DNA of 64,000 nt from an uncultured Flavobacteriaceae bacterium. Lineage in GTDB: Bacteria > Bacteroidota > Bacteroidia > AKYH767-A > OLB10. The stretch is taken from positions 10,708 through 74,707 of the forward strand of contig CAYSPG010000010.1 of assembly GCA_964432885.1 (NCBI GenBank). Direction: 5' to 3'. Positions 40,201-48,744 of this stretch are shown one piece after another. A program made the translations under genes and the position numbers. The notes under the pieces were generated by a model. The model did not search any database. It saw only the letters and a list, made by a program, of their open reading frames with translations, and had not been told where the DNA came from. Within the stretch, counting starts at the first letter, position 1, and each line of letters opens with the position of its first letter.

Positions 40201-42223
40201 CTCATGGGCAGGACCAAATGGCTTTACCTCCTCTAGCGATGCCAATTCAATTAATGCTTCAAACCATGCCGCTACCGGAAACTATACAATGAACATTTCC
40301 GATGCCAATGGTTGTTTGCAAAACACTGCCATGGCTTTAACAGTCGATCAAAATGTATTTGTTAATGCAGGTTCCGACCAGGCTTTGTGCAATGCATCTC
40401 AGGTTACTATTAATGGAGTAAGTTCTGGGGCTATAACTTCTACTACATGGACCACTTCAGGCGATGGAACATTCTCTGACGCAACCAATATTATGTCAAC
40501 TTATACACCTGGTGTTAACGATTATGCCAACAACACAGTAACACTTACTCTTACGTCAAACTCAAACGGTGCATGTGCAGCTTCTGTTGATAATGTAGTT
40601 GCAAAATTTCATGCTAACGTCCCTGTGGCTCCGGTTTCGGTAAATGCTCCCAATAGTGTGTGCCCTCCGGTAAATGGCTTAACGCTTTCGGTTACCCCAT
40701 ACGTAGCTGCCGATTCATACCAATGGCAACTTGGCCCCACTACCACAGGCGCAACATTTGTTGGTTCAACAACAAGTTCTTCTGTAAACGTTAACCTTGT
40801 TCCTGTTGCATCAACCGGATACACCTTCCGCGTGTATGCAATTAACGCTTGTGGTACCAGTGCCACTTATGCTTCTACTTATGTAAGACGTGCTGTATCA
40901 ACTCCGCTTACACCTTCAGGTGCTACAGTAGCCTGTGCCAATGATGTTAAAGTATATTCAATTCCTGCCGTTACCGGTGCTGAGTCATATACATGGAATG
41001 GCCCGGCAGGCTCTTTGGTTGATAACAACCCTGTGCCTTATACTACCAATGCAACTTCGGTTAGCGTAACATTCCCTTCTGGATTTACTTCAGGTCATAT
41101 AGGTGTTGCAGCCAACGTGGGATGTTTTCAAACCACGTTTAAAAACTTATCGGTAAGTGTAGCCACAGTAACTGTTGGCACTATTACCGGAAGCACCTAT
41201 ACAGTTTGCCCTGGTTCCTCTTACACCTATTCAGTTAATCCTGTATCTGGAGCAAGTGGATATAACTGGATTTTACCACCTAATGTTACCGGAAGTTCAT
41301 CATCTAACAGCATAACCATAACTGTACAACCAGGGTTTTCGTCAGCAAATATTCGTGTTGCTGCCATAAGCGTATGCGGTGTTCAATCGGCTACTCAACA
41401 AAAAACACTTTCAATAGGAACCCCAGCGCGTCCTGCTTCTGTTACAGGGCCTCTTAATGGTATGTGCGGTCAAACGGTAGTAAACACCACTCCGTTCCAG
41501 GCCGGAGTAACTTACAACTGGACAGTGCCAGCTTCAGCAACTATCAATAGTGGTCAGGGTACCAATGCCATCAATGTTACTTATGGTACATTTACAAACG
41601 GAACCGTTTGTGTTAATGCCGTTAACTCTTGCGGTGCAAGCCCAACAAGATGTATTACTGTAAATGGTGCCCCTGCCACACCTGCTTCTATTACCGCTAT
41701 ACCCGGTTCATGGTGTGCTAATACTTCGGGTGTTGAGTTTAGTGCCAATGTTTCTAACGTTACAGGTTCTTATACACTTAGTTGGATGTATCCCGGTGCC
41801 ACTGTATGTAACTATGTACTTGGTGGTGGTAACTCAACTACACTTGTTCTGGACTGGTTAAATGGTGGAGGAAATGTAATTGTTACAGCTTCCAATGCCT
41901 GTGGTAATGGGTCGCGTATGTTTTACGCTGCAAGCTCTTGCCGCGAAGAAAATGGAGAAGTGTTATCAGTTGAAAAATCACTTATCGTTTACCCCAATCC
42001 TGCAACATCAAATGCTACACTTGATTTTAGCAGCGTTCAGCAACAAGAGGTAACCATTAAACTTACCGATATATCAGGCCGACTTGTTTATGCACAAAAA
42101 GTTAATGCTGCCATAGGTCAAAATACTCTTAATATTGATTTGGTTAAATTCCAAAAAGGCGCTTATATGATTTCGCTTGAAACAGAGCAAAACACGCAAC
42201 AAAGCCGATTGGTAATTCAATAA
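37244..42223 (+). CDS. giant T9SS cargo protein: glycine-rich N-terminal region, many Ig-like/SprB-type repeats, C-terminal T9SS sorting domain
   Basis: 1659 aa. The signal peptide comes after an alternative Met at 37286. The GGxGG-rich segment spans residues about 60-240. An SprB-repeat signature CNGFNDGTFSILASGGSAPYLFTDGG...YTVTVYDANGC is present. CTD: ...LIVYPNPATSNATLDFSSVQQQEVTIKLTDISGRLVYAQ...KGAYMISLETEQNTQQSRLVIQ. Confidence 0.8.
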   Translation: MTHVQKTRNAALNYMAAATMALIVLISLLLNKSALAQTTQTFTSNGTFNVPLGVTTVQVEAWGGGGAGGGVNGSNTQTRAGGGGGGGAYVKNTSVAVTPGAAITVTVGNGGNGNTAADGGNGGASTFLGVTANGGNGGKVGQSGTQFGAGGASITGTFNGGAGAAAASNNSGGGGGGAGSSGNGGNGSGTTGGAGGAGGGGAAPNGLTSNGNGTDASNLSAGGSGGRSSSSTDRSGGDGFRGQVKITYSCPSYTLTSSATATGPFCGNSASTVTLRSSSLTSGTYTITYNLSGGTTASGNTATMTFSSSSGTGTFNTSTLLAGTTNITVTAIASGGCNSSQSSNNTASVVVIAAPTAVAGTAIATCVTSGSINITAGSSSANNAGIIWTSNGTGTFTNANSLTTCTYLPSAADIAAGSRTITLTAIGNGGCANATSNKTLTINQPPVANAGTSIHTCNNSGAVNITAGASASNQASVNWTSSGTGSFANATSLTNCTYNPSAADIAAGSVTLTLTANPLTGCSSNSATKTLTIHTNPGAPGIITGTANVCGVQLAGLTYSVPTVANATSYNWVVPSGWTITSGQGSNIITVTSGNNGQNGNMTVTATNAGCSGTHPSTTVNIFPNVATHNTGFTTLTTKTSGDIQCNSGSLAGYIKFPLNTIPAGSTITSAVLSLVNSNSPTLSSATNDIRALGNNDPVSASASNLYSAATSGSSYSASTWSNTGTVNLTLNTTANTDIQNRIVSPGYIGMGLDRGGSSTYTFYGFNAGTNAPKLAVTYTTIRTLAVTVAPAADLAASSNAPVCDGLGLFFSAVNNASGQTTGNTYQWTGPNGFSSSQQNPTINNCASAQSGNYTVVLTNQFLCSASATIPVMVNPNPSISVNAITQVTCNGFNDGTFSILASGGSAPYLFTDGGNFNLDGIFTGVSPSSYTVTVYDANGCENSVPVTITEPDVLAVNPSNNSPVCEGVTLNFAAGITGGTTPYSISWAGPNGFTSSSDANSINASNHAATGNYTMNISDANGCLQNTAMALTVDQNVFVNAGSDQALCNASQVTINGVSSGAITSTTWTTSGDGTFSDATNIMSTYTPGVNDYANNTVTLTLTSNSNGACAASVDNVVAKFHANVPVAPVSVNAPNSVCPPVNGLTLSVTPYVAADSYQWQLGPTTTGATFVGSTTSSSVNVNLVPVASTGYTFRVYAINACGTSATYASTYVRRAVSTPLTPSGATVACANDVKVYSIPAVTGAESYTWNGPAGSLVDNNPVPYTTNATSVSVTFPSGFTSGHIGVAANVGCFQTTFKNLSVSVATVTVGTITGSTYTVCPGSSYTYSVNPVSGASGYNWILPPNVTGSSSSNSITITVQPGFSSANIRVAAISVCGVQSATQQKTLSIGTPARPASVTGPLNGMCGQTVVNTTPFQAGVTYNWTVPASATINSGQGTNAINVTYGTFTNGTVCVNAVNSCGASPTRCITVNGAPATPASITAIPGSWCANTSGVEFSANVSNVTGSYTLSWMYPGATVCNYVLGGGNSTTLVLDWLNGGGNVIVTASNACGNGSRMFYAASSCREENGEVLSVEKSLIVYPNPATSNATLDFSSVQQQEVTIKLTDISGRLVYAQKVNAAIGQNTLNIDLVKFQKGAYMISLETEQNTQQSRLVIQ

Positions 42224-42242
42224 AATTCACACCATCACCAAA

Positions 42243-42281
42243 AAGTCCCGCTGCGGTTAGCCGAAAGCGGGACTTTTGTTT
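42243..42281 (+). terminator. rho-independent terminator
   Basis: AGTCCCGCT-gcggttagccgaa-AGCGGGACT followed by TTTTGTTTTT. Confidence 0.7.
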
Positions 42282-42394
42282 TTAAAATTTTGTATCAAAG
42301 TGCTTGTTTTTTAATATTCTTTTATACATTTACCGATTGAACCTAATAAGGTTAATTGCGTATAAAATAAATTCTTACTCAAATTCATTTCAAA

Positions 42395-45300
42395 ATGCAG
42401 AAAACATTGACTGTAAAAACCACATTTTGTGCGGTTGTAATGTTTTTAATTTTGGCGATAAATGCCAATGCAACCATTGTGTACTCTACCGCTTCAGGTA
42501 ATTGGAATTCGGGTGCCATTTGGTCAACACTTTCCGAACCCGATCCTGGCGACAGTGTAGTTATAAATGGCCATACAGTAACCGTTAATACAAATACAAA
42601 TATCATTGGCACCCTAACCATACAGGTTAATGCAACCAATGGAAAAGTTGTTGTAAGTAACCTTGCCACTGCTTCGTTAAATATTAGCTACGACATCATT
42701 GTTAACCCCAATTGCTCTTTAGAAAATAACGGTAAAATTGATTTGTTTTTTCCTGCTCCTTTTGTTCTTGGTGCCAATGCCACTTACATACATAACCCCC
42801 GTGCAAATACATTGTCTGATGAAAGCATGTTTGAGCTTGGAGCCGAAAATTTTGACCCAACCAGCAATTTAATAGTTTTAAAATGGGCCAGTTTATCATT
42901 TGCATTGGGTCAGGCAAACAGGTTAAACGGTAACATAGGCAACCTTGAAACAAGTGTTGCAGGAGTTTGGGAAATGAACGGAACACTTGCACCAAACAGG
43001 GTTAAAGGATACTTAAAAGTTCATGCCGGCACCCTGCACATGGATGACGGTACCGGACTTTCCACCTCGCTTCAGTTACAGGATGTTACCATTGATGGTA
43101 CCGGAGCTATAGTTTTTCAGGATGGAGGAAATCGTAATTTTACTTTTACATGCAATAATTTTACTGATATAAGCACCAACAATGCACAACCCACGGGCTT
43201 CATGGCATTGCTGCAAAACTCAGGCTTTGGCAAACTTAAATGGATAGCAAATGGCAACGTTGTCTTAAATCATGAGTTTATTGGAATTAACGGAACCGCT
43301 TCCGAAAACATGTGGGCCGATACCATAATCATAAACGGAAACCTTACTATCGGTGGAGCCGGATTTACCGGCAATTGTATTTTTCACAAACAGGTTAACT
43401 GCGCACTATACATGAATGTAGCAGGCACCACTTCTATTTTAGGCAACCCCGGCTATGTACGCTTTGTCGATAGCGGAAATGGATACGTAAACTTTAATAC
43501 AGCCAACCTTGTAATTTCAGGCGGAGCAAAAAATACATTTCTTGGCGGAAACGAAGTACTTGATGGCTTTGGCAACCCTGCATTTCCACTTCCAAGTGCT
43601 ACTGCTACAGTTAATGTTACCAATGATATTACTATTAACGGTGCCAGTGTAACCCATGTAATGCTTGCACCTACTAATGTTCAAAAAACAAGGGTTAATG
43701 TAGGTGGTAATTTTAGCACCAGCATCTTCTCTGCCGATTTTCGTGCCGCTAAATCCATTGGGCCTGTGTCGGTTATTGTTGGCAATAATTTATCAATGAC
43801 TGGAGGTTATTTTGATGCTCAAAACAACAGCTCTTCTAATGCTGTTGATTCAGTTATTGTGGGGGGTGATTTTTTGTATAACTCCGCATTTGCCGCCAAT
43901 TATTTTAGAGCAAATACCGGTGCCGGTAGCACTGTCTTTCGCACTACCGGTAACTTCACAATCACCACTTCCGGAACTGGTGTTAACGAAGGCGTTTGCG
44001 GAAATTTTCAGGGCAATGGCAATTTACAGTTTTATGTTGGGGGCAACTTTACTCTTACTGCAGGTTCTTTCAGAGGAATTAAAGATGGAGATGGCAACTT
44101 GGATTTTACTGTGGTTGGAACCTTTTCTCAGGCTGCTGGTATCTTCAGGGCCATATATAATCAGATTTCAGGAACTTCGGGCGCCAGCACCTTAAATATT
44201 GGCACATTAAACTTTAACGGGGGATTATGGTCGCAATTTTATGCCAGCAACAGTGTGGCCGTTGCCACCGTGTGCAATATTGTAAACAACCTCTCAATAA
44301 ACTTTGCCAATGTTTCCGACCAGTTTACATTTAACACCATGGCACTTGTTGGTTCCAATAACAACCAGGCACGCCTAAACCTTAACGTAGGAGGTAACAT
44401 GACCTTTGGTGGTACAAACGGAACTTTTTTCAGCAGCCTTGGCTTTGGCCCCGATTCTATTAATGTTACCGGAAACATGAGTTTTAATGGCGGCAACAAT
44501 AGCTTCAATGCAACACATTATTCCATTTACCCCAACTTCCATCCTGTGGTTATTTCTGTTGGTGGTGATATGAATGTATCCAATGGTGACAATTATTTAT
44601 CAGCTTACGTGGGTCAACTTACAGTAACCATCAATGGCAACTTAACCGTATCAGGTGGCTCACTTACCTTTAAAGGCGATGGTTTTGGCGATGCGTTAAT
44701 TAATATTTTAGGCGGCTACGACCAAACAAATGGAAACGTTTACCTTTATAACAACACACTGTTCCCTAACCTCTACGATATTATTGTAAACATTAATTCA
44801 AATGATGACCCTACCGGCAACTTTAGCCATACGGGTGGAAGTATTGTGCTTGATAACAACGCCAACTCCCAGCACTTGCGCGAATTAAATATAAAAAGCC
44901 CTACCTATACGCTTGGGGGTAATGGCTTAATTTATAGAGCCAATGCCGGGGTGTCTGTCGAGTTTGGTACCATAAATTTTAACCGTACAGGCACCACTTT
45001 ATTTTCGCGTACCTCAAATACCCATATGATTCAGCAGGTTAAGCAAAAGGTATTTGGACTCACAACATTGGATGTAATAAGCGGCAATGTTCAAATTGCT
45101 TCGCATAACAATACAGGCATCCCGTTTTTTGAAACCACTGCAGGTGCTGTTGTTACCTTGCGCTTAAACAGCCAGATTTATTCCAACTCATCATACCCCA
45201 ATTCCTATGTATATATTATTAGCGGCTCACGCCTGCGCACCCAAAGCATTTACGGCCTTTATGATGGCACCGTAAACGCTGCATTTAGCAGCGCGGGCAA

Positions 45301-46684
45301 CCTTACCTATGTATTGGGAGCCTCCAGTACAGTTGAGTACTTTGGTAACGACAACCAAATTATTACAGGAATAGGAATTGGAACTGCAACCTCAGGAAAT
45401 CAAAAATACGGCAATCTCGAAATTAATTTCACAGGAACTCCATACGTTGAATTTGTTTCCCCAATTAGTATCGGAACTGTAAACGTGCGTAATAATTTAA
45501 TTTTAACCAATGGTGAGTTAAATCTAGACAGCGATCATAATCCGGTAAACAGCGGTGGTCGTATTTTAAGATTAGATAATGGTGCGCCTACTGCAATTTC
45601 CAGAACCAATGGATACATTAGGGCCGAAATAAATGATGCATCCGGAATGTTAAAGTGGATGGTGGGAGCCAGCACCGCATTACACACGGTTCCATTTGGA
45701 TATTATACTGGAACTACCTTTTATTTAATTCCCGTTAACTATACCGGCCTTGGTGGAAGTTCTGGCGAAGTTTCCTTTTCCACCTTTCATACAACTGCTG
45801 CTAACTTACCTTACCCCCCGGCTGTCGGCCATGTTAATTCGGCTGCAACAGGGCTCGACAATTCTGCAAACTGTGTTGACAGGTTTTGGTATATCAATCG
45901 TACAGGCACTATCACTTCCTTTAACCTTTCGTTTACTTTACCCGGCACCACCGAAAATCCTGCCTCCGCATTCACCCAGTTACGTGCACAACACTATAAT
46001 TATGGCAATGGTGGCTGGGATAGCCCGTTTCAGGGTTCGCAGGTTTGGACTGCCGGTACCTTTAATGTTAGTGTTACCAATGCCACCGATGTTAATGACT
46101 GGTGGACTATGGTTAATCAAACTACTCCGCTGCCGGTTAGTTTGTTAAATTTTTCGGCCGAATGTTATAAGAAAAACCAATTGCTTAAATGGAGCACAGC
46201 CGCTGAGGTTAACAACAACTTCTTTACACTCGAAAAAAGCAACGATGGCAAAGAGTATTCAGTGTTAACTACATTAAAAGGCATGGGCACCACCAACCAA
46301 ATTACCAATTACGAATTTACCGATGACAACTCAAATTCTCCCTTAGCATATTACCGTTTATCACAAACCGATTTTGACGGACAATCAAAAACGTTTAACC
46401 CCATTGCTTCACATGGTTGCAATGCATCCAATGTACTCACTATTATCTCAACCCATGCTGACGAAAGCAATGTAAAGGCTGTGGTAAACGCTCCGGCTGA
46501 TGGTGCTTATTCGCTCAAATTAATAAACATTGCCGGTAAACTTGTTTACAGCGGACAGGTTAATTTATTCAGCGGCATCAATACCCTGCCCATTTCTTCC
46601 TCATCCTTGTCAAACGGTATTTACATGATAAATCTTGATAACGGAGTAAGTACCGTAAGTAAAAATGTGGTGGTAAACAGGTAA
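42395..46684 (+). CDS. giant T9SS cargo protein with beta-helix-like N/G/T-rich repeats and C-terminal sorting domain
   Basis: 1429 aa with a signal peptide. Degenerate about 20-residue repeats rich in N, G, T, V suggest a right-handed beta-helix. CTD: ...GAYSLKLINIAGKLVYSGQVNLFSGINTLPISSSSLSNGIYMINLDNGVSTVSKNVVVNR. Confidence 0.8.
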   Translation: MQKTLTVKTTFCAVVMFLILAINANATIVYSTASGNWNSGAIWSTLSEPDPGDSVVINGHTVTVNTNTNIIGTLTIQVNATNGKVVVSNLATASLNISYDIIVNPNCSLENNGKIDLFFPAPFVLGANATYIHNPRANTLSDESMFELGAENFDPTSNLIVLKWASLSFALGQANRLNGNIGNLETSVAGVWEMNGTLAPNRVKGYLKVHAGTLHMDDGTGLSTSLQLQDVTIDGTGAIVFQDGGNRNFTFTCNNFTDISTNNAQPTGFMALLQNSGFGKLKWIANGNVVLNHEFIGINGTASENMWADTIIINGNLTIGGAGFTGNCIFHKQVNCALYMNVAGTTSILGNPGYVRFVDSGNGYVNFNTANLVISGGAKNTFLGGNEVLDGFGNPAFPLPSATATVNVTNDITINGASVTHVMLAPTNVQKTRVNVGGNFSTSIFSADFRAAKSIGPVSVIVGNNLSMTGGYFDAQNNSSSNAVDSVIVGGDFLYNSAFAANYFRANTGAGSTVFRTTGNFTITTSGTGVNEGVCGNFQGNGNLQFYVGGNFTLTAGSFRGIKDGDGNLDFTVVGTFSQAAGIFRAIYNQISGTSGASTLNIGTLNFNGGLWSQFYASNSVAVATVCNIVNNLSINFANVSDQFTFNTMALVGSNNNQARLNLNVGGNMTFGGTNGTFFSSLGFGPDSINVTGNMSFNGGNNSFNATHYSIYPNFHPVVISVGGDMNVSNGDNYLSAYVGQLTVTINGNLTVSGGSLTFKGDGFGDALINILGGYDQTNGNVYLYNNTLFPNLYDIIVNINSNDDPTGNFSHTGGSIVLDNNANSQHLRELNIKSPTYTLGGNGLIYRANAGVSVEFGTINFNRTGTTLFSRTSNTHMIQQVKQKVFGLTTLDVISGNVQIASHNNTGIPFFETTAGAVVTLRLNSQIYSNSSYPNSYVYIISGSRLRTQSIYGLYDGTVNAAFSSAGNLTYVLGASSTVEYFGNDNQIITGIGIGTATSGNQKYGNLEINFTGTPYVEFVSPISIGTVNVRNNLILTNGELNLDSDHNPVNSGGRILRLDNGAPTAISRTNGYIRAEINDASGMLKWMVGASTALHTVPFGYYTGTTFYLIPVNYTGLGGSSGEVSFSTFHTTAANLPYPPAVGHVNSAATGLDNSANCVDRFWYINRTGTITSFNLSFTLPGTTENPASAFTQLRAQHYNYGNGGWDSPFQGSQVWTAGTFNVSVTNATDVNDWWTMVNQTTPLPVSLLNFSAECYKKNQLLKWSTAAEVNNNFFTLEKSNDGKEYSVLTTLKGMGTTNQITNYEFTDDNSNSPLAYYRLSQTDFDGQSKTFNPIASHGCNASNVLTIISTHADESNVKAVVNAPADGAYSLKLINIAGKLVYSGQVNLFSGINTLPISSSSLSNGIYMINLDNGVSTVSKNVVVNR

Positions 46685-46713
46685 CAACATCATATTATTT
46701 TAAACATCAAAAA

Positions 46714-46739
46714 AAGCCGCATTTTCAAGCGGCTTTTTT
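46714..46739 (+). terminator. rho-independent terminator
   Basis: AAGCCGC-attttca-(a)GCGGCTT followed by TTTT. Confidence 0.7.
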
Positions 46740-47057
46740 GTTGCCCTTATCTTCTCCTTTTTTTATTTGCCAAGCCAACACCATTAAGTTAATGAAGCTT
46801 AAATACAACCCAAGCTAATTCCGAAGGGATGAAATTATTGTAGAAAAAAATAACCCGTAACCCGTAATCGCGAGGCTCCAGCCTCGTGATATCATCCTAT
46901 CCTCCACCAAGCACGTAACTCCAGCCTCATACCACCACTTTAATTGCCTCGAACTTTAGGGCGGAGTATAAATTTAACTTCCATGATATGTCATCTTTTC
47001 GGGATTCCCTCAACTCACTCCCCCTTATTATACATCTCCCCAATAGCTGCTTACGGT

Positions 47058-47300
47058 TTACACAGTCCCATGTTCCACTCCCACAGTGCTTATCAAAATA
47101 GGCAAAGCCATTAACTTGCTTTCCTCACAGTCCATATTGCCTGCCTCATATATCATATTGCCTTCCACAGCCTTTGGCATCACATCCACAAGCCTAATCA
47201 TTTCTTCCACAACTATAAACGCAACTTGCACAATTTTAATCAATCCTTCCACAACTCTAATCACAACTTGCACAAGCCTTAAAATGGCAGCCACAATCAT
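47058..47300 (-). CDS. questionable 80-aa ORF consisting of three 14-aa repeats encoded by the 42-bp tandem repeats
   Basis: MIVAAILRLVQVVIRVVEG / LIKIVQVAFIVVEE / MIRLVDVMPKAVEG... The strand compositional skew extends beyond the ORF, so the ORF may be incidental. Confidence 0.15.
   Translation of the reverse strand: MIVAAILRLVQVVIRVVEGLIKIVQVAFIVVEEMIRLVDVMPKAVEGNMIYEAGNMDCEESKLMALPILISTVGVEHGTV
47163..47288. repeat. three imperfect 42-bp tandem repeats inside a strongly G-poor (plus strand) 450-bp tract
   Basis: Units begin TTCCACA(G/A)C at 47163, 47205 and 47247. For example, TTCCACAACTATAAACGCAACTTGCACAATTTTAATCAATCC versus TTCCACAACTCTAATCACAACTTGCACAAGCCTTAAAATGGC. Confidence 0.5.
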
Positions 47301-47521
47301 AATTTTCTAACCATTTTTGTAAGATTAAAGGTGCTTTTTGAAAAGTCTGATACCGGCTATTCCTCATATTCTCTCACACGTTCTTAATTTGCCATCAAAA
47401 CGGTTTGCCCATTCACCTTTTGTATGTATTTTTTTAAGTAAGAATATGATTTCTTTAGAATAACCTTTTTTAAAACACAACCTAATTTTGCTTAATCATA
47501 ACAGTATAAAAAACACATACT

Positions 47522-48508
47522 ATGAAAAACTTAAAGCGGTTATTACTACAACTCGAAATGATTAAAAGAGTATTGGCATGGATTTTTGAATCTCAGTGGA
47601 ATGATCTTATTCTTTCCGTTCCGGCATTTAAAGCTGCTGCCGATGTGCTGCAGGCAAAGTCCGATGCAATTGATGTAAAAATTGCCAATTACCGCACGGT
47701 TATCAAAGGCATCGCTGTTCAAAAACGCGCTGCGCGAAAAAAACTTGCCGAGTCTTCTTACCAAATCATGTCATCCGTAAGGTCGTGGGCGCTAAAAAAT
47801 AATAACTTCCAGCTTGCCGCATCTATGGATGTTACACTTTCCGGGTTAATGCACCTTCCGTACATCGCACTTATCCAAAAAATTACCGGTGCCATTAGTA
47901 CCGTTCAGCCTTTGGTGCCACAGCTCGCTACCTTTAATGTTACCCCCCAAAATTTTGAACTCTGGCAGCAGGATAATCTCGCTTTGGCCGACTTGCTCAA
48001 TGGGCCAAAATCTGCAATTGAACAACGCAAAGCCCTTGGCAGCATTATTCAAGCAGATGTAAAAAACGCACTCGACTTTTTAAACAACCAGCTCACACCC
48101 CTGATGGCTAATTTCCTCTCCACTCCGTTGTTTTACATCACATTCTTTAATAACAAACGCATTGGCACCGGCAATGTACACCACACCCGCCTGCTCGCTA
48201 ATGTAGTAAGCGAACTCCTTACTCCATATTTTGGTATAACCGTAACTATAAATGAATACACCGATCCTCAAACAGGCAAAGTATATAAAGCAGATAAAGC
48301 CATTACCGATGCACAGGGAAATTGCGAGGTGTCTGCTTTCTTTCCCGGTTTTCGTACGGTTACTATCTCAGGGCCACAAATTCAAACCACCACATTTCCC
48401 GCCATAGATTTCAAAAGCGGAAAAGCAGTCATTTTTCAGTTTGTCGTTCAGCCCGCATTTAACCTGCCAGCTTCACAACCTCAGCAACCCCCAATTGTAA
48501 CAGCATAA
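47522..48508 (+). CDS. hypothetical protein with no signal peptide and no recognisable domain
   Basis: 328 aa, mostly alpha-helical at the N-terminus, with a possible beta-sandwich and a Q/P-rich tail at the C-terminus. The ATG is confirmed. It sits between giant T9SS genes. Confidence 0.5.
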   Translation: MKNLKRLLLQLEMIKRVLAWIFESQWNDLILSVPAFKAAADVLQAKSDAIDVKIANYRTVIKGIAVQKRAARKKLAESSYQIMSSVRSWALKNNNFQLAASMDVTLSGLMHLPYIALIQKITGAISTVQPLVPQLATFNVTPQNFELWQQDNLALADLLNGPKSAIEQRKALGSIIQADVKNALDFLNNQLTPLMANFLSTPLFYITFFNNKRIGTGNVHHTRLLANVVSELLTPYFGITVTINEYTDPQTGKVYKADKAITDAQGNCEVSAFFPGFRTVTISGPQIQTTTFPAIDFKSGKAVIFQFVVQPAFNLPASQPQQPPIVTA

Positions 48509-48744
48509 TTTCAAACTTCTTAATAGCAAAAGGCAGCCTGGTTATCCGGGAAGCCTTTGTTGTTTTCACACCCTTATGTTCTTTTATTTCTAATCTTTTC
48601 TGCACACCTGTTCAAAAAAAATTTTGCATTTTTGCCAAATATTTTTTGTTTATTAATCTTTTCTTAATACATTTATCGCTTAAAGATTTATTGTTGCTTA
48701 CCACATCTAACTTTTATTTTAAGATTAACCTCTGGTTTATTTTC

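Noticed and set aside
47163-47288. Possibility that the 42-bp tandem repeats are a CRISPR array
   Set aside because: The repeats are contiguous with no unique spacers. The units are degenerate, and no cas genes are nearby.
47086-47310. Plus-strand ORF of 74 aa in the G-poor tract
   Set aside because: The translation is S/T/I low complexity generated by the repeat. There is no start context or conservation signal. It is treated as non-coding.
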